Source: a virus
IMG/VR virus record: IMGVR_UViG_3300033149_003115
Span: 32,001-96,000 of that record
Length of the DNA stretch: 64,000 nucleotides
Direction: 5' to 3' (one strand)
The notes under the pieces were generated by a model that worked only from the letters and a program-made list of their open reading frames with translations, ran no database searches and had not been told where the DNA came from. The translations under genes and the position numbers were made by a program. This document shows positions 1-9,366 of this stretch, in pieces (the stretch's first letter is position 1; every line of letters starts with the position of its first letter).

Positions 1-5
1 ATATA

Positions 6-413
6 GTGATCTTAGCAATGAAACACACAGGTATAAAATACAAACCTAAACACCCTCTAAGTTATACCTGGAGAGGATCCTTCATCTGGGTTGGACCATC
101 CATAACATCTTCTCTAAGTGATCTAGAGGATCTGATGAGAAAGAGCAAGATCCAGGAGATAGAGAAAAACAGGAAGGTGATGTTGGCTTATAAGAGGATG
201 TACTCTAAGACTGCTATTTGTCATTCTATTATAGGATCTAGCTCTCTTATAGTTCTACTATCCCTCTTGTTGATAGGGGTACTAGAATCTTTAGCTTTGT
301 TACCCCTTGTTCTCCTTAGTATCTTTAGGATTATCGAGAGCTATTCTGATTACACAGATAAGAAAGATAAGTATGAGCAATCTCTTAAGAGCTTTGTGAT
401 AGAGGATATTTAA
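6..413 (+). CDS. hypothetical membrane protein (may be 5'-truncated)
   Basis: Two hydrophobic segments; ends FVIEDI (shared C-terminal tag). Confidence 0.6.
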   Translation: MILAMKHTGIKYKPKHPLSYTWRGSFIWVGPSITSSLSDLEDLMRKSKIQEIEKNRKVMLAYKRMYSKTAICHSIIGSSSLIVLLSLLLIGVLESLALLPLVLLSIFRIIESYSDYTDKKDKYEQSLKSFVIEDI

Positions 414-431
414 ACGATCATAGTGAGATTA

Positions 432-486
432 GTTAAGCTTTGTTCCGTTAGGCTCGGCTTCGCTAGGTTAAGTTAGGTTAAGTTTA
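432..486. repeat. degenerate pentamer tandem array G(T/C)TNN x11
   Basis: gttaa gcttt gttcc gttag gctcg gcttc gctag gttaa gttag gttaa gttta. Confidence 0.75.
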
Positions 487-539
487 ATATCACTAAATGC
501 CGATACTATCGTTATATCCTGATAATAGATTAATAAGAG

Positions 540-1127
540 GTGTATTTAGAAATGGGTACCAGAGGATTATATGGATTCTATAAGAATGGGATAACCAAGG
601 CTACATACAACCACTGGGATAGTTACCCAGAGGGGTTAGGGCTAGATCTACTGGAGGAGCTGAGAGAATACACTATAGAGCAGCTCAATGAAACATTTGA
701 CAGGATAATCCTGGTATCTGAGTCATCAAAAGCTACTGATGAGCAAATAGAGGAGTGTAAGAGGTATCTGGATCTCTCAGTGTCTACTAGATCCTCTAAT
801 GACTGGTACTGTCTCCTACGTCAGGCTCAAGGTAGCCTGAGACCATGGGTGAAGGATGGACTAAGGTATATGATCGATAATGCCTCTTTCATTAGAGACA
901 GCTTATTCTGTGAGTGGGCTTATATAATTAATCTAGATACCAATGAGCTTGAAGTGTGGAAAGGGTTTCAGCGTTTACCTGTCAAGAGCAGATATTATGA
1001 TCATAGATCTCCTGTCCATGGGTATTATCCATGTGTCCTGGTCAAGAGGTACAAGCTGGATAGTCTACCTTCTAATGAGAAGTTCCTGGAGGACATGAAA
1101 GTAGTAGAAATGATAGAGGATCTCTAG
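540..1127 (+). CDS. conserved viral hypothetical protein
   Basis: MGTRG...YNHWDSYPEGLG and EWAYIINLD motifs typical of a widespread phage protein family; ends MIEDL. Confidence 0.7.
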   Translation: MYLEMGTRGLYGFYKNGITKATYNHWDSYPEGLGLDLLEELREYTIEQLNETFDRIILVSESSKATDEQIEECKRYLDLSVSTRSSNDWYCLLRQAQGSLRPWVKDGLRYMIDNASFIRDSLFCEWAYIINLDTNELEVWKGFQRLPVKSRYYDHRSPVHGYYPCVLVKRYKLDSLPSNEKFLEDMKVVEMIEDL

Positions 1128-1129
1128 TC

Positions 1130-1369
1130 TTGAGGACCATGACATGTGCTCATTGTGGTAGGCAGTTCACTTGTAGTGGTAAATGCCAGAGGATCAGTCC
1201 CTACACATCCACTCTTTGCTCTTGTCTGGACTGTAGGATCAAGTTCTTAGTCAACTGTGAAATAGAACGATTCTCAGTCCTTCTAAAGGATATTCTAGAG
1301 ATCTATTCCACATGCTATGATCTTAGTGTAGAAGAGCTAAAGAAGAGATATATTATGTGTCTTATTTAG
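1130..1369 (+). CDS. Cys-rich Zn-binding paralog family member
   Basis: CxxCGxxFxCxxxC...CxCxxC...CY pattern. Confidence 0.8.
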   Translation: MRTMTCAHCGRQFTCSGKCQRISPYTSTLCSCLDCRIKFLVNCEIERFSVLLKDILEIYSTCYDLSVEELKKRYIMCLI

Positions 1370-1382
1370 AGGACTATATCTA

Positions 1383-1670
1383 ATGAAAGACACTAAATGC
1401 TTTAGATGTGGTAAAACATTCAAATGTACTAAAGATTGTACTCATAAACCATTCACATTCTTACCAGAGAACTCTGAACTTGAAACTGTTTGTATATGTC
1501 TAGATTGTAGAATAGAAGATTATCTTGAGCTTAGATCTAAGGCATGGGCATTACAAAGAGGTAAAACACCTTCATTTTTGGAATATAGCTTTTTTATTAA
1601 AGGATGTGTTAGCTGTTATAACATACCTGAAGAAGAAGTAAAGAAGAGGATATTGATAGACACGCTATGA
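1383..1670 (+). CDS. Cys-rich Zn-binding paralog family member
   Basis: CFRCGKTFKC...CICLDC...CY; ends ILIDTL. Confidence 0.8.
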   Translation: MKDTKCFRCGKTFKCTKDCTHKPFTFLPENSELETVCICLDCRIEDYLELRSKAWALQRGKTPSFLEYSFFIKGCVSCYNIPEEEVKKRILIDTL

Positions 1671-1679
1671 GGTAAACAC

Positions 1680-1922
1680 ATGAAGAGGATGAAGTGTGCT
1701 AGCTGTGGAATAGAATTTGAGTGTACTCGTTTTTGTAGTCACTTACTCCCCTTTAGAGAAACTTGTTTATGTCTTAAATGTCAGATACGTTTACAAAAGA
1801 ATGTAGTAGGAGAAATTCTAGAGCTATATGGAGGACTAGGAGCTGATGATGAATATATCAGACGATGCTTTAATTTAAGTAGAGAGGAGCTAAAGAAGCT
1901 AAAGGTCATAGAAACATTATAA
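1680..1922 (+). CDS. Cys-rich Zn-binding paralog family member
   Basis: CASCGIEFEC...CLCLKC...CF; ends VIETL. Confidence 0.8.
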   Translation: MKRMKCASCGIEFECTRFCSHLLPFRETCLCLKCQIRLQKNVVGEILELYGGLGADDEYIRRCFNLSREELKKLKVIETL

Positions 1923-1934
1923 ATGGGATAACAA

Positions 1935-2171
1935 ATGATATGTTGGAACTGTGGTAAATCATTTGAGTGTACTAAGTATTGTCAATCTAAGCTTGATCCA
2001 GTTGAATATTGTCTATGCATGGAATGTCAGATCAAGATATTGAACTCTCCAAAAGAAGGATATATTTTTATCCCTAGGACATATTCTCCAATAGAGGTAG
2101 AGGATATCATGAGGTGTTTCGATCTATCCAGGACTGATCTAGAGAAGCTCCAGGTGATACATCTCTTATGA
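1935..2171 (+). CDS. Cys-rich Zn-binding paralog family member
   Basis: CWNCGKSFEC...CLCMEC...CF. Confidence 0.8.
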   Translation: MICWNCGKSFECTKYCQSKLDPVEYCLCMECQIKILNSPKEGYIFIPRTYSPIEVEDIMRCFDLSRTDLEKLQVIHLL

Positions 2172-2410
2172 TCTACACTTCTCGATGTGTCAGATGTGGT
2201 AAGATCTTTAAGTGTACTAAGAGATGTACTTTGTCACCTGAGGTACCTTATGGTTGTATATGTCTGAAATGTAGGTTAGAGGAGATCAAGAAGAACATAG
2301 ATCCCTATAGGATGATAGGGAAGCTGGATAGCATACTAGACTTATACTCATCCTGCTATGATGTCCCTCTTGATACTATGAAGAAGCTCTTCTTTATCAG
2401 CTATTTGTAG
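2168..2410 (+). CDS. Cys-rich Zn-binding paralog family member
   Basis: CVRCGKIFKC...CICLKC...CY. Confidence 0.8.
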   Translation: MIYTSRCVRCGKIFKCTKRCTLSPEVPYGCICLKCRLEEIKKNIDPYRMIGKLDSILDLYSSCYDVPLDTMKKLFFISYL

Positions 2411-2419
2411 GGAATAACC

Positions 2420-2650
2420 TTGTATAAGATGAAACATGTCAACTGGGATAAGGTATTTGAATATACCAGGTTCTGTGATCCTATGATTTCTAGCTCTTAT
2501 CATCCTAGAGAAATTTTAGAAGGGAGCGTAGACAGGTGTTTGTGTTTAAGTGTCAAATCAGATATTTTAGAACCTATACTAAGGAGCTGTTTTGGTCTTT
2601 CTAAGAAAAAGTGTAAAGAGCCTATTATTGATAGAGGATTTATAGATTGA
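2420..2650 (+). pseudogene. decayed Cys-rich paralog
   Basis: N-terminal cysteines lost relative to 1680..1922; an alternative frame after the A-run near 2603-2610 reads VKSLLLIEDL-stop (TAG 2643-2645). Confidence 0.65.
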
Positions 2651-2874
2651 CTAAAGTAATCTGTGCTAGATGTGGTAAGGAGTTCAAATGTGAGGGAATA
2701 TGTCCTTCTTTCTCATTATCCCCTCAAAATAGGTGTATCTGTTTAGAATGTAGGCTAAAAAACTTCCCTTATTATAGCGATAATTTCTATTTCTTTGGTA
2801 AGGAGTACACCAAGAAATGTTTTAATCTAAGTGAAGAGGAGATCTCTAAGCTACTAATAATCTATAGTTTATAG
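2647..2874 (+). CDS. Cys-rich Zn-binding paralog family member
   Basis: CARCGKEFKC...CICLEC...CF. Confidence 0.8.
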   Translation: MTKVICARCGKEFKCEGICPSFSLSPQNRCICLECRLKNFPYYSDNFYFFGKEYTKKCFNLSEEEISKLLIIYSL

Positions 2875-2949
2875 AGTGATCATATTTGGGAGAATAAGGT
2901 TATATGTTCTCAATGATCTTTTTGATAGTATACACTTTGTGATTATATC

Positions 2950-3213
2950 ATGATAGTTAGATGTTTAGACTGTGGTAGAGTCATCAAGTGTACCAGATCA
3001 TGTCATAAGATCAAAAGTCTGAAGGGGAGAGATCTGGTATTTTGCTATTGCTCAGACTGTCTAATGAAGCAGCTAGATAAGCTTTCAAGATATTCAGATA
3101 GAAGCTCCAAGCTCTCTGAGTCTGACTTGAATGATATTCTAGACAGGTTAGAAAGATGCTTTGAGATGGACAAGAGCGAAATAGACAAGATCCTAATCCT
3201 TTATTCCTTATAG
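2950..3213 (+). CDS. Cys-rich Zn-binding paralog family member
   Basis: CLDCGRVIKC...CYCSDC...CF. Confidence 0.8.
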   Translation: MIVRCLDCGRVIKCTRSCHKIKSLKGRDLVFCYCSDCLMKQLDKLSRYSDRSSKLSESDLNDILDRLERCFEMDKSEIDKILILYSL

Positions 3214-3226
3214 CAATATTTAAGAG

Positions 3227-3448
3227 ATGAGGTGGATGAAGAAGCCTAAAGTAGTGAGGGTTAAGCCTAAGCTTAAGCTAGAGAGCTCAATGTCTGGATA
3301 CATTATCTATCTATGTGATGATCTGGGAAATGAGATATGGACTGAGCTATTTAAGGATGTGAAAGAGGCTACCACTATATACAATGTCCTCTCTGAGGTC
3401 CTGCTATCCCTTAGACTTAACTCATTTCATATCATGAGATCCACATAG
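3227..3448 (+). CDS. hypothetical protein
   Basis: ORF in operon context. Confidence 0.5.
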   Translation: MRWMKKPKVVRVKPKLKLESSMSGYIIYLCDDLGNEIWTELFKDVKEATTIYNVLSEVLLSLRLNSFHIMRST

Positions 3449-3459
3449 AGGGTTTTAGC

Positions 3460-3594
3460 TTGGATATTAAACATGTTTGTGAGTTTGAAGCATCTGGTGG
3501 ACTATGCTGGCTAAAGGGTCTTAGGGTATGTAATGAAATAGACTATACCAAGTGTAAGACACGTAAAGCTGGACTGATCGTCTGTGAGCTATAG
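3460..3594 (+). CDS. small Cys-rich protein (44 aa, not in ORF track)
   Basis: TTG start; MDIKHVCEFEASGGLCWLKGLRVCNEIDYTKCKTRKAGLIVCEL; fills the gap and carries the C-terminal tag. Confidence 0.6.
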   Translation: MDIKHVCEFEASGGLCWLKGLRVCNEIDYTKCKTRKAGLIVCEL

Positions 3595-3604
3595 GTGTTA
3601 GATC

Positions 3605-3841
3605 TTGATAAGAGTCTGCTCCAAGTGTGGTGTTGAGTTCGTGTGCAATGGAGAGTGTCCTCAATATAGAATGTTTGGTCCTTCTTGTATCTGTCTAAGA
3701 TGTAGACTAGTCTTACTCAAAACATGGAAAGAGTATTTTAATCTAGGCTATTCTTACCTGATGAGGATACTTAAAATAGAAGAGTGTTTTAACCTGGATG
3801 ATATTGAAATAAAGAAGATCTTGCTAACAGAGCTACTTTAG
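3605..3841 (+). CDS. Cys-rich Zn-binding paralog family member
   Basis: CSKCGVEFVC...CICLRC...CF; ends LLTELL. Confidence 0.8.
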   Translation: MIRVCSKCGVEFVCNGECPQYRMFGPSCICLRCRLVLLKTWKEYFNLGYSYLMRILKIEECFNLDDIEIKKILLTELL

Positions 3842-3856
3842 GAGGAAGACATTAAA

Positions 3857-4156
3857 TTGATACCTGTATGTAAGAACTGTGGAAGCTCAAATATACTGGT
3901 CAAGTGGGTACGTAAGTCAGAGAAATCAGATATTGTCTCGTTTGAGAAGTATGCTAATAAACTACTAGAGGAGAGGAAGAACACCAAGCATGATATTGGA
4001 TCTCTCTATTCATCAACCATTTCCTACCCCTTCCCATCTCTCGGATCAGTGCCTGATCCCATCACTAATTACGCTCAGCTGGTCCTGACTTGTAAGAACT
4101 GTGGATACACTATAGTGATCAACATCGATAGCTGGCTAGTGGCTAATGACATCTGA
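3857..4156 (+). CDS. zinc-ribbon protein
   Basis: Two CKNCG motifs; ends LVANDI. Confidence 0.65.
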   Translation: MIPVCKNCGSSNILVKWVRKSEKSDIVSFEKYANKLLEERKNTKHDIGSLYSSTISYPFPSLGSVPDPITNYAQLVLTCKNCGYTIVINIDSWLVANDI

Positions 4157-4385
4157 AGTAGAGACAACGAAGACAAGATGTCTAAGATGTGGTAAGGAGT
4201 TCAGATGTACCAGGCACATAGCATCCATATGTAGAGATATCTCAGCTTGTATCTGCTTTGATTGTAGTGTTCCTCTCCTCTTGGAGCAGGGGATTAGTCT
4301 TCATAGTATAATATCAAGCTGTGTAGAGTGTTATGATGTTTCACCAGAGGAGGTTAAAAAGAAGATAGTCATCTCTTCCCTTTAA
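4146..4385 (+). CDS. Cys-rich Zn-binding paralog family member
   Basis: CLRCGKEFRC...CICFDC...CY; ends IVISSL. Confidence 0.8.
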   Translation: MTSEVETTKTRCLRCGKEFRCTRHIASICRDISACICFDCSVPLLLEQGISLHSIISSCVECYDVSPEEVKKKIVISSL

Positions 4386-4396
4386 GGTGAAGTTCT

Positions 4397-5584
4397 ATGA
4401 TACCTCGTGAGATCCTTTATGATATAAGAGAGGGTATGAAGAATAAGTCATTACCAAAGGCTATCTCAATAATAGCTCAGAGACTACACTTAGGATCTGG
4501 GGATTATAAGAGATTCTCCCATTCTATCAATGGTCATAAGTGGAGAGGTATCATATATTACAAGAGAAATAGCCTACTAGGAACTATATTCTCATACTTT
4601 GATAGTAAGCCATTGGTGATCAAGGGATATCCTAAGATACGTTACTCAGAGGTATCCAGAGTTAGAGACAAGGAGTGTTATCTAGAGGCTAAGTACGATG
4701 GCACCAACCTGGGGTTCTGGATGTTCCCTGATGGTACTCTAATGGGTAAAACCAGGTTTGTAGAGCGTTATGATCGTCCAGGATACGAGGGTAGGAGATG
4801 GAGTGAGCTCATTAGTGACACTGGATACATGGATCAGATAGCCAAGCTATGTAAGGATGATTATTCCCCATTTGGTGAGCTTTATGGATACAGGAACCCA
4901 GGTGAGTTTATCAGGTACTCCACTCCCATAGACATCAAGTTCTTTGAGGTGTGTGATCTGAGGACCATGGAGTGGATAGAATACAATAGAAAAATAAAGC
5001 TACTAGAGAGCTATGGTCTCAGACCAGTGGAGCTATACTGGCATGGAGTACTATCATTAAAAGAAATAGCCAGGTTAGAATATGAAGCTAAGCAATATGT
5101 CTGCTTGGATGGTATGGAAGGGTATGTAGCAAAGTGGTATAGCTCAGAGGATAGAGAGACTTACATGGCTAAGCTCAAGTGTGATGACATCAAGGAGAGA
5201 GCATGGGGTTTATCTCCCAGATCCACCATCCCAAGATCCGTGATCTCCAAGGCTGTCAAGAAGGCTCTTGATAATAGATCCAGCTTTAGTACCTTGAAAG
5301 AGGTGGAGGACTTTGTTAGAGAGGAATTGTTGGAGGAGGCTACCAAAGAGCTGGTTAATAGAGTGGATAAGAAGATCAAGAGGATAGTGAAAGGAGCCTT
5401 TGGTAATATTGAAGATCAAAAGAAGATATGGGACTACTTTGAGGAGCTAGAGTCCATGGGTGTTTCTATTGATAATAAGAATAAGATCCTCTCTCTAGCA
5501 GCTAGTGTCTTTAAGGACATCAACCCAAGTGAGCTCTACAGAGCATATTGTGGATATCTGGCTATTAGAGAAATTAGAAGGTAA
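4397..5584 (+). CDS. ATP-dependent RNA ligase
   Basis: Motif I KYDGTN, FGELYG, motif IV EGYVAK, motif V AKLK; no OB domain apparent. Confidence 0.8.
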   Translation: MIPREILYDIREGMKNKSLPKAISIIAQRLHLGSGDYKRFSHSINGHKWRGIIYYKRNSLLGTIFSYFDSKPLVIKGYPKIRYSEVSRVRDKECYLEAKYDGTNLGFWMFPDGTLMGKTRFVERYDRPGYEGRRWSELISDTGYMDQIAKLCKDDYSPFGELYGYRNPGEFIRYSTPIDIKFFEVCDLRTMEWIEYNRKIKLLESYGLRPVELYWHGVLSLKEIARLEYEAKQYVCLDGMEGYVAKWYSSEDRETYMAKLKCDDIKERAWGLSPRSTIPRSVISKAVKKALDNRSSFSTLKEVEDFVREELLEEATKELVNRVDKKIKRIVKGAFGNIEDQKKIWDYFEELESMGVSIDNKNKILSLAASVFKDINPSELYRAYCGYLAIREIRR

Positions 5585-5589
5585 GTAGC

Positions 5590-5889
5590 TTGATACATGA
5601 AATTACTAATAGAGTGTTAAGGAAATATGATGATTGTGAAATAAAGGAGCTCACTCCTTCATGTTCTGTGATAGTATTCCCTGGGTTCAGGCTTATAATC
5701 AAAGCCACCTTTGATTATAGTGTTTACTTGGAGATATCCTTCAAATCTAATCTTAAGATATACCTCGATTGTAATCTAGAGGTCTATTCAAAAGTCCTTG
5801 AACGTAACGCTAAGATGAATGATATACTAACATTCATAGATAAAGTCAGGTCTTTTATGGAGAAGACGATCCTGGTTAACACCTTATAG
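5590..5889 (+). CDS. hypothetical protein
   Basis: ORF; ends ILVNTL. Confidence 0.6.
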   Translation: MIHEITNRVLRKYDDCEIKELTPSCSVIVFPGFRLIIKATFDYSVYLEISFKSNLKIYLDCNLEVYSKVLERNAKMNDILTFIDKVRSFMEKTILVNTL

Positions 5890-5897
5890 GGATAAAC

Positions 5898-6665
5898 ATG
5901 AGGTCTCCAGATAGAATGTTTAATCTACAATGTAGAAATAGCTACTTCCTATCTCAGATCTTGCCTGGCATGGATGTCATTACTAACACTCCAGAGACAC
6001 CCTATGAGAAGAACTCCATTATCCATAAGAATATCCTATTATATGCCACTCAGGGGAGTGGTAAGACAGAGACCATTAGATCTTTAGTAGAGGAGATAGT
6101 AAACAAGTATGGGAAGGATAATGTTAATGCAGTTATCTCTAGTGGATCTAATAGCCTAGAGGATCTAATGGTGTTTGGACTAGATAACAAGCTGATACAG
6201 GTCCAGGTAGCTGATGACTTCACTCTACAAGAAGTCCCTAAGGAAGTGATCAAAGCTTACTTCAAGATCAGACATATATGGTATAAGAGGATCAAAAGAC
6301 CTTTTGGATATATTCTAAGCATATTCTCACTACACAGATTTCACTCTGGAGCTAAAGAGATCAGGAGCACAGCTGATGCTGTGTTAATAAGAGACGATAG
6401 CCTCAACCCTTATGATCACTCAGTCATCAAGGGGTTCATAGGAGAGTATGGACTAGAGGATCTACACTTCATAGAAGAGAACAGGGATCTCCATCCTGTC
6501 CTCAAGAGCTACTCTATATTTGCCACCAGGACTAAAAGAGTTGGATTAGTATATTTCCCTCTAGCATCCAAGAATCACCTTAGAGAGATATCTCCTATCA
6601 AGAGCAAATACACTAATATTGAACAACGTAAGCTAATAAGGAACTGTCTTTACGGTGATATATGA
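5898..6665 (+). CDS. P-loop NTPase, A32/FtsK-HerA-like
   Basis: Walker A ATQGSGKT, Walker B VQVADD, downstream RH and EIRS motifs. Confidence 0.6.
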   Translation: MRSPDRMFNLQCRNSYFLSQILPGMDVITNTPETPYEKNSIIHKNILLYATQGSGKTETIRSLVEEIVNKYGKDNVNAVISSGSNSLEDLMVFGLDNKLIQVQVADDFTLQEVPKEVIKAYFKIRHIWYKRIKRPFGYILSIFSLHRFHSGAKEIRSTADAVLIRDDSLNPYDHSVIKGFIGEYGLEDLHFIEENRDLHPVLKSYSIFATRTKRVGLVYFPLASKNHLREISPIKSKYTNIEQRKLIRNCLYGDI

Positions 6666-6880
6666 TGAGCAAGGAAATAGTCAGAGTATGTAAGATATGT
6701 GGAAGGAGATGGAAGTGTGTCCCTAGACGAGTCAACAGGAGTGAGCTTTGTACTAAGGATTGTATCCAAGTCTGCTTCAGCTGCTTCACCCCTACTAATG
6801 GTCTAAAGAAAGAGGATGTTATAAACTCTAGATGTTACAAGCTAGAGGATTTCAAGTACAAGATCAGCTCCCTGATATGA
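6662..6880 (+). CDS. Cys-rich paralog (divergent)
   Basis: CKICGRRWKC...CFSC...CY. Confidence 0.65.
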   Translation: MMSKEIVRVCKICGRRWKCVPRRVNRSELCTKDCIQVCFSCFTPTNGLKKEDVINSRCYKLEDFKYKISSLI

Positions 6881-7026
6881 GGTGACATCTTTGAACTGTC
6901 CATATAGGTACAAGGTAGAAGGTGATCCCTGGAGGTATTGTGGCTATTATAAGAAGGAGAAAGTAATATGTGGATGTGAGGGGTATGAGGATGATTGTAT
7001 TATTCTAAAGAAGGAGATAGAAAAGA

Positions 7027-7602
7027 ATGACTAAAGTACTCTATCCATCATGTAGTGAGCTAGTCACTCATCTGTACATCACTGATATAGAGGAGATCAG
7101 AAAGGCTCTAAGAGAGATCACCAGGATCACTGGGTACAAGGTGGGGGTATATGCTTATGTCACAAAGTACACAGATATCCCTCTCAACTCCAGACTTGGA
7201 GTTAGTACTAGAAAGGTGTACCTGGAGGTTGACATTGGCAAGGTTCAGCTCGTGAACACCAGTTATGGAGATGTTAAACTGGGAATAGACCTGAGCTCTC
7301 TATCCTCAAGAGACAAGAGAAAGATAGGGAACAAAAAATCAGATGATCTATGGCTAGTGTTATACAACCCTAACAAGAAGGATCATCTAAGGATCACCTT
7401 ACATGATAGCTACTGCTCAGCCTATGGACTAACCTTTGAATGTGAGCAGCATTGTTGCACTCTTAATTACCCAGCATTTGCAAAGATAATACAACACTTT
7501 GGATCTATTTATCATGCTCATGATGGAGGTAGCCCTTATGAGTTTGAAGACTGGTGTAAGAGGAATGATCTGGATGATGTCTTGGAACATGGATCCTATT
7601 AG
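7027..7602 (+). CDS. hypothetical protein
   Basis: 191 aa ORF. Confidence 0.6.
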   Translation: MTKVLYPSCSELVTHLYITDIEEIRKALREITRITGYKVGVYAYVTKYTDIPLNSRLGVSTRKVYLEVDIGKVQLVNTSYGDVKLGIDLSSLSSRDKRKIGNKKSDDLWLVLYNPNKKDHLRITLHDSYCSAYGLTFECEQHCCTLNYPAFAKIIQHFGSIYHAHDGGSPYEFEDWCKRNDLDDVLEHGSY

Positions 7603-7746
7603 AGGAATATTTAATGAGTGATCTAGTAGATTTCATAGTATGGTTGAAGAAGAAAGAGAACAAGGAGATATCATCCTCTCTAGTAAGAAGTATAGGATAT
7701 TATGTGTATAGATTCCTAGAGGAACAATATAAGGAGAAAGATCAGA

Positions 7747-8046
7747 GTGTCAAAGACAGGACAGCTAATTGAGATATCCAATATCTTAGTTAGAAAGAAA
7801 GGATTTACTATAAGATCTTTGAACCGTGAGGAGTCTAAGTTAAAATATAAAACCATAGATCTAAGGATCACCTGTGAGTACTCAGGGCTTAGCTTGGAAA
7901 TGGAAATGGGCTCCAAGATAGCTAATAATAACAAAACCATTCTATCCCTTACATGTTCTAGTATATTTGGTGTGGTTAAGGTTCTTGAATGGGTAGATGA
8001 AGCTCTTAGAATACTAACCAAGGTAGCTGTTATAGATGAGCTTTAG
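7747..8046 (+). CDS. hypothetical protein (start uncertain)
   Basis: Ends VAVIDEL; a short ORF from ATG 7614 overlaps in another frame. Confidence 0.55.
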   Translation: MSKTGQLIEISNILVRKKGFTIRSLNREESKLKYKTIDLRITCEYSGLSLEMEMGSKIANNNKTILSLTCSSIFGVVKVLEWVDEALRILTKVAVIDEL

Positions 8047-8055
8047 GGAATTACC

Positions 8056-8328
8056 TTGATCTGTATAAGCTGTGGTAAAGAGTTCAATTGTGACTCTAAA
8101 TATAGACTACATTGTACATTCTACGAGACAGGCGAGTGTTATTGTCCTTCTTGCGATATTGAGCTCCATTATTCTGAAAGCAATATATCGAGCTTAGAAC
8201 CTAGAGAGGTAGATATCCTCTTTGAACAATATGTCCTACATCATGTTAGGTGTTATGGGTCTAAGAGTCTTATCAAATATTCAGATAAAATATTACATCT
8301 TTATTTTAAAGGGAGGAATAATGTTTAA
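8056..8328 (+). CDS. Cys-rich Zn-binding paralog family member
   Basis: CISCGKEFNC...CYCPSC...CY; lacks the C-terminal tag. Confidence 0.75.
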   Translation: MICISCGKEFNCDSKYRLHCTFYETGECYCPSCDIELHYSESNISSLEPREVDILFEQYVLHHVRCYGSKSLIKYSDKILHLYFKGRNNV

Positions 8329-8557
8329 ACATCTTTGCTTAGAATGTAACAAAGAGTTCCAATGTACTGGAGAAGGATGTACATCTTATTTTCCTTATAT
8401 CTCAACATGTCCTTGTTACAAATGTTTTCTGGAGATTAACAAGAGCTTGATATTAAATCCTGACTTAGCTGGATTTGTTAGAGAACAGTTTATTCTATGT
8501 TATGGTGAGTCTAAAGTACATTATTTTGATAGATATTTAGTACGGGAGACCTTGTAA
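8321..8557 (+). CDS. Cys-rich Zn-binding paralog family member
   Basis: Start moved to the ATG after GGAGG; CLECNKEFQC...CPCYKC...CY; ends LVRETL. Confidence 0.75.
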   Translation: MFKHLCLECNKEFQCTGEGCTSYFPYISTCPCYKCFLEINKSLILNPDLAGFVREQFILCYGESKVHYFDRYLVRETL

Positions 8558-9366
8558 TGTATCCTAAAGTATTATCTTTACATTGTACTAATCAATGTAA
8601 TCTAAGATGTAGATTCTGTTATATACCCAAAAATAAGAGATCTAAACCATTGAATTGGTTCTTGGATATTCCATCTGTAGCTAGAGACATAGGGATAGAA
8701 CAGATAGCCATAGGTGGAGGGGAGGTGACCTTATTCCCCAAGTTCCTAACCAAGCTAGCTAAGAGGTGTGTAGAGAATGATATTATACCCAACCTCACCA
8801 CCAATGGGATCAAGTTCGATCCATCCAAAATAGATACCAGCTTGTTTGGAGTGATATCCTTTAGCTTGGACTCTTACAAGATGTCTCATCTAAGCTATCA
8901 CCATCTGAGACGTATCATATCTAGTATCCAGAAATATCCTGACAGAGATCATAAGCCTAAAATCGGGATTAACTATTTACTCCTTAACAAGAGATCTCTA
9001 TACCAGCTTCCTCTGGTGATCAGATCTCTTGATGATATTGTGGACAGCTGGTACATCTTACATCTTAAATATCACCCAGTGGACTATAAGAGGAAAGACC
9101 TTGAGGGTGTCCTATACCTTCTTTCCCCTTTCCTTAGAGACAAACTACTGGTGGATGATTCTATTCAGGTCATCCTGGGTAAGAAGGAGATCTGTAATAG
9201 AGGTAGAGATCTGGTTAGTATAGATCCAAGTGGAAATGTCAAACCCTGCTCTTTTGACTCTTCCATAGGTTACTTGAATGATCCTAGAGATCTTAAAGAC
9301 ATAGTAAACATGTACTATCCTATGATGTTTGATGATAATAGGTGTCCTTATATTGTCTACAAATAG
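8557..9366 (+). CDS. radical SAM protein with SPASM/twitch-like C-terminus
   Basis: CNLRCRFC, GGGE, TTNG, GNVKPC. Confidence 0.9.
   Translation: MYPKVLSLHCTNQCNLRCRFCYIPKNKRSKPLNWFLDIPSVARDIGIEQIAIGGGEVTLFPKFLTKLAKRCVENDIIPNLTTNGIKFDPSKIDTSLFGVISFSLDSYKMSHLSYHHLRRIISSIQKYPDRDHKPKIGINYLLLNKRSLYQLPLVIRSLDDIVDSWYILHLKYHPVDYKRKDLEGVLYLLSPFLRDKLLVDDSIQVILGKKEICNRGRDLVSIDPSGNVKPCSFDSSIGYLNDPRDLKDIVNMYYPMMFDDNRCPYIVYK

Noticed and set aside
7614-7772. Possible programmed frameshift joining a 52-aa ORF to 7747..8046
   Set aside because: No clear slippery heptamer; cannot be told apart from a simple indel or a separate gene.
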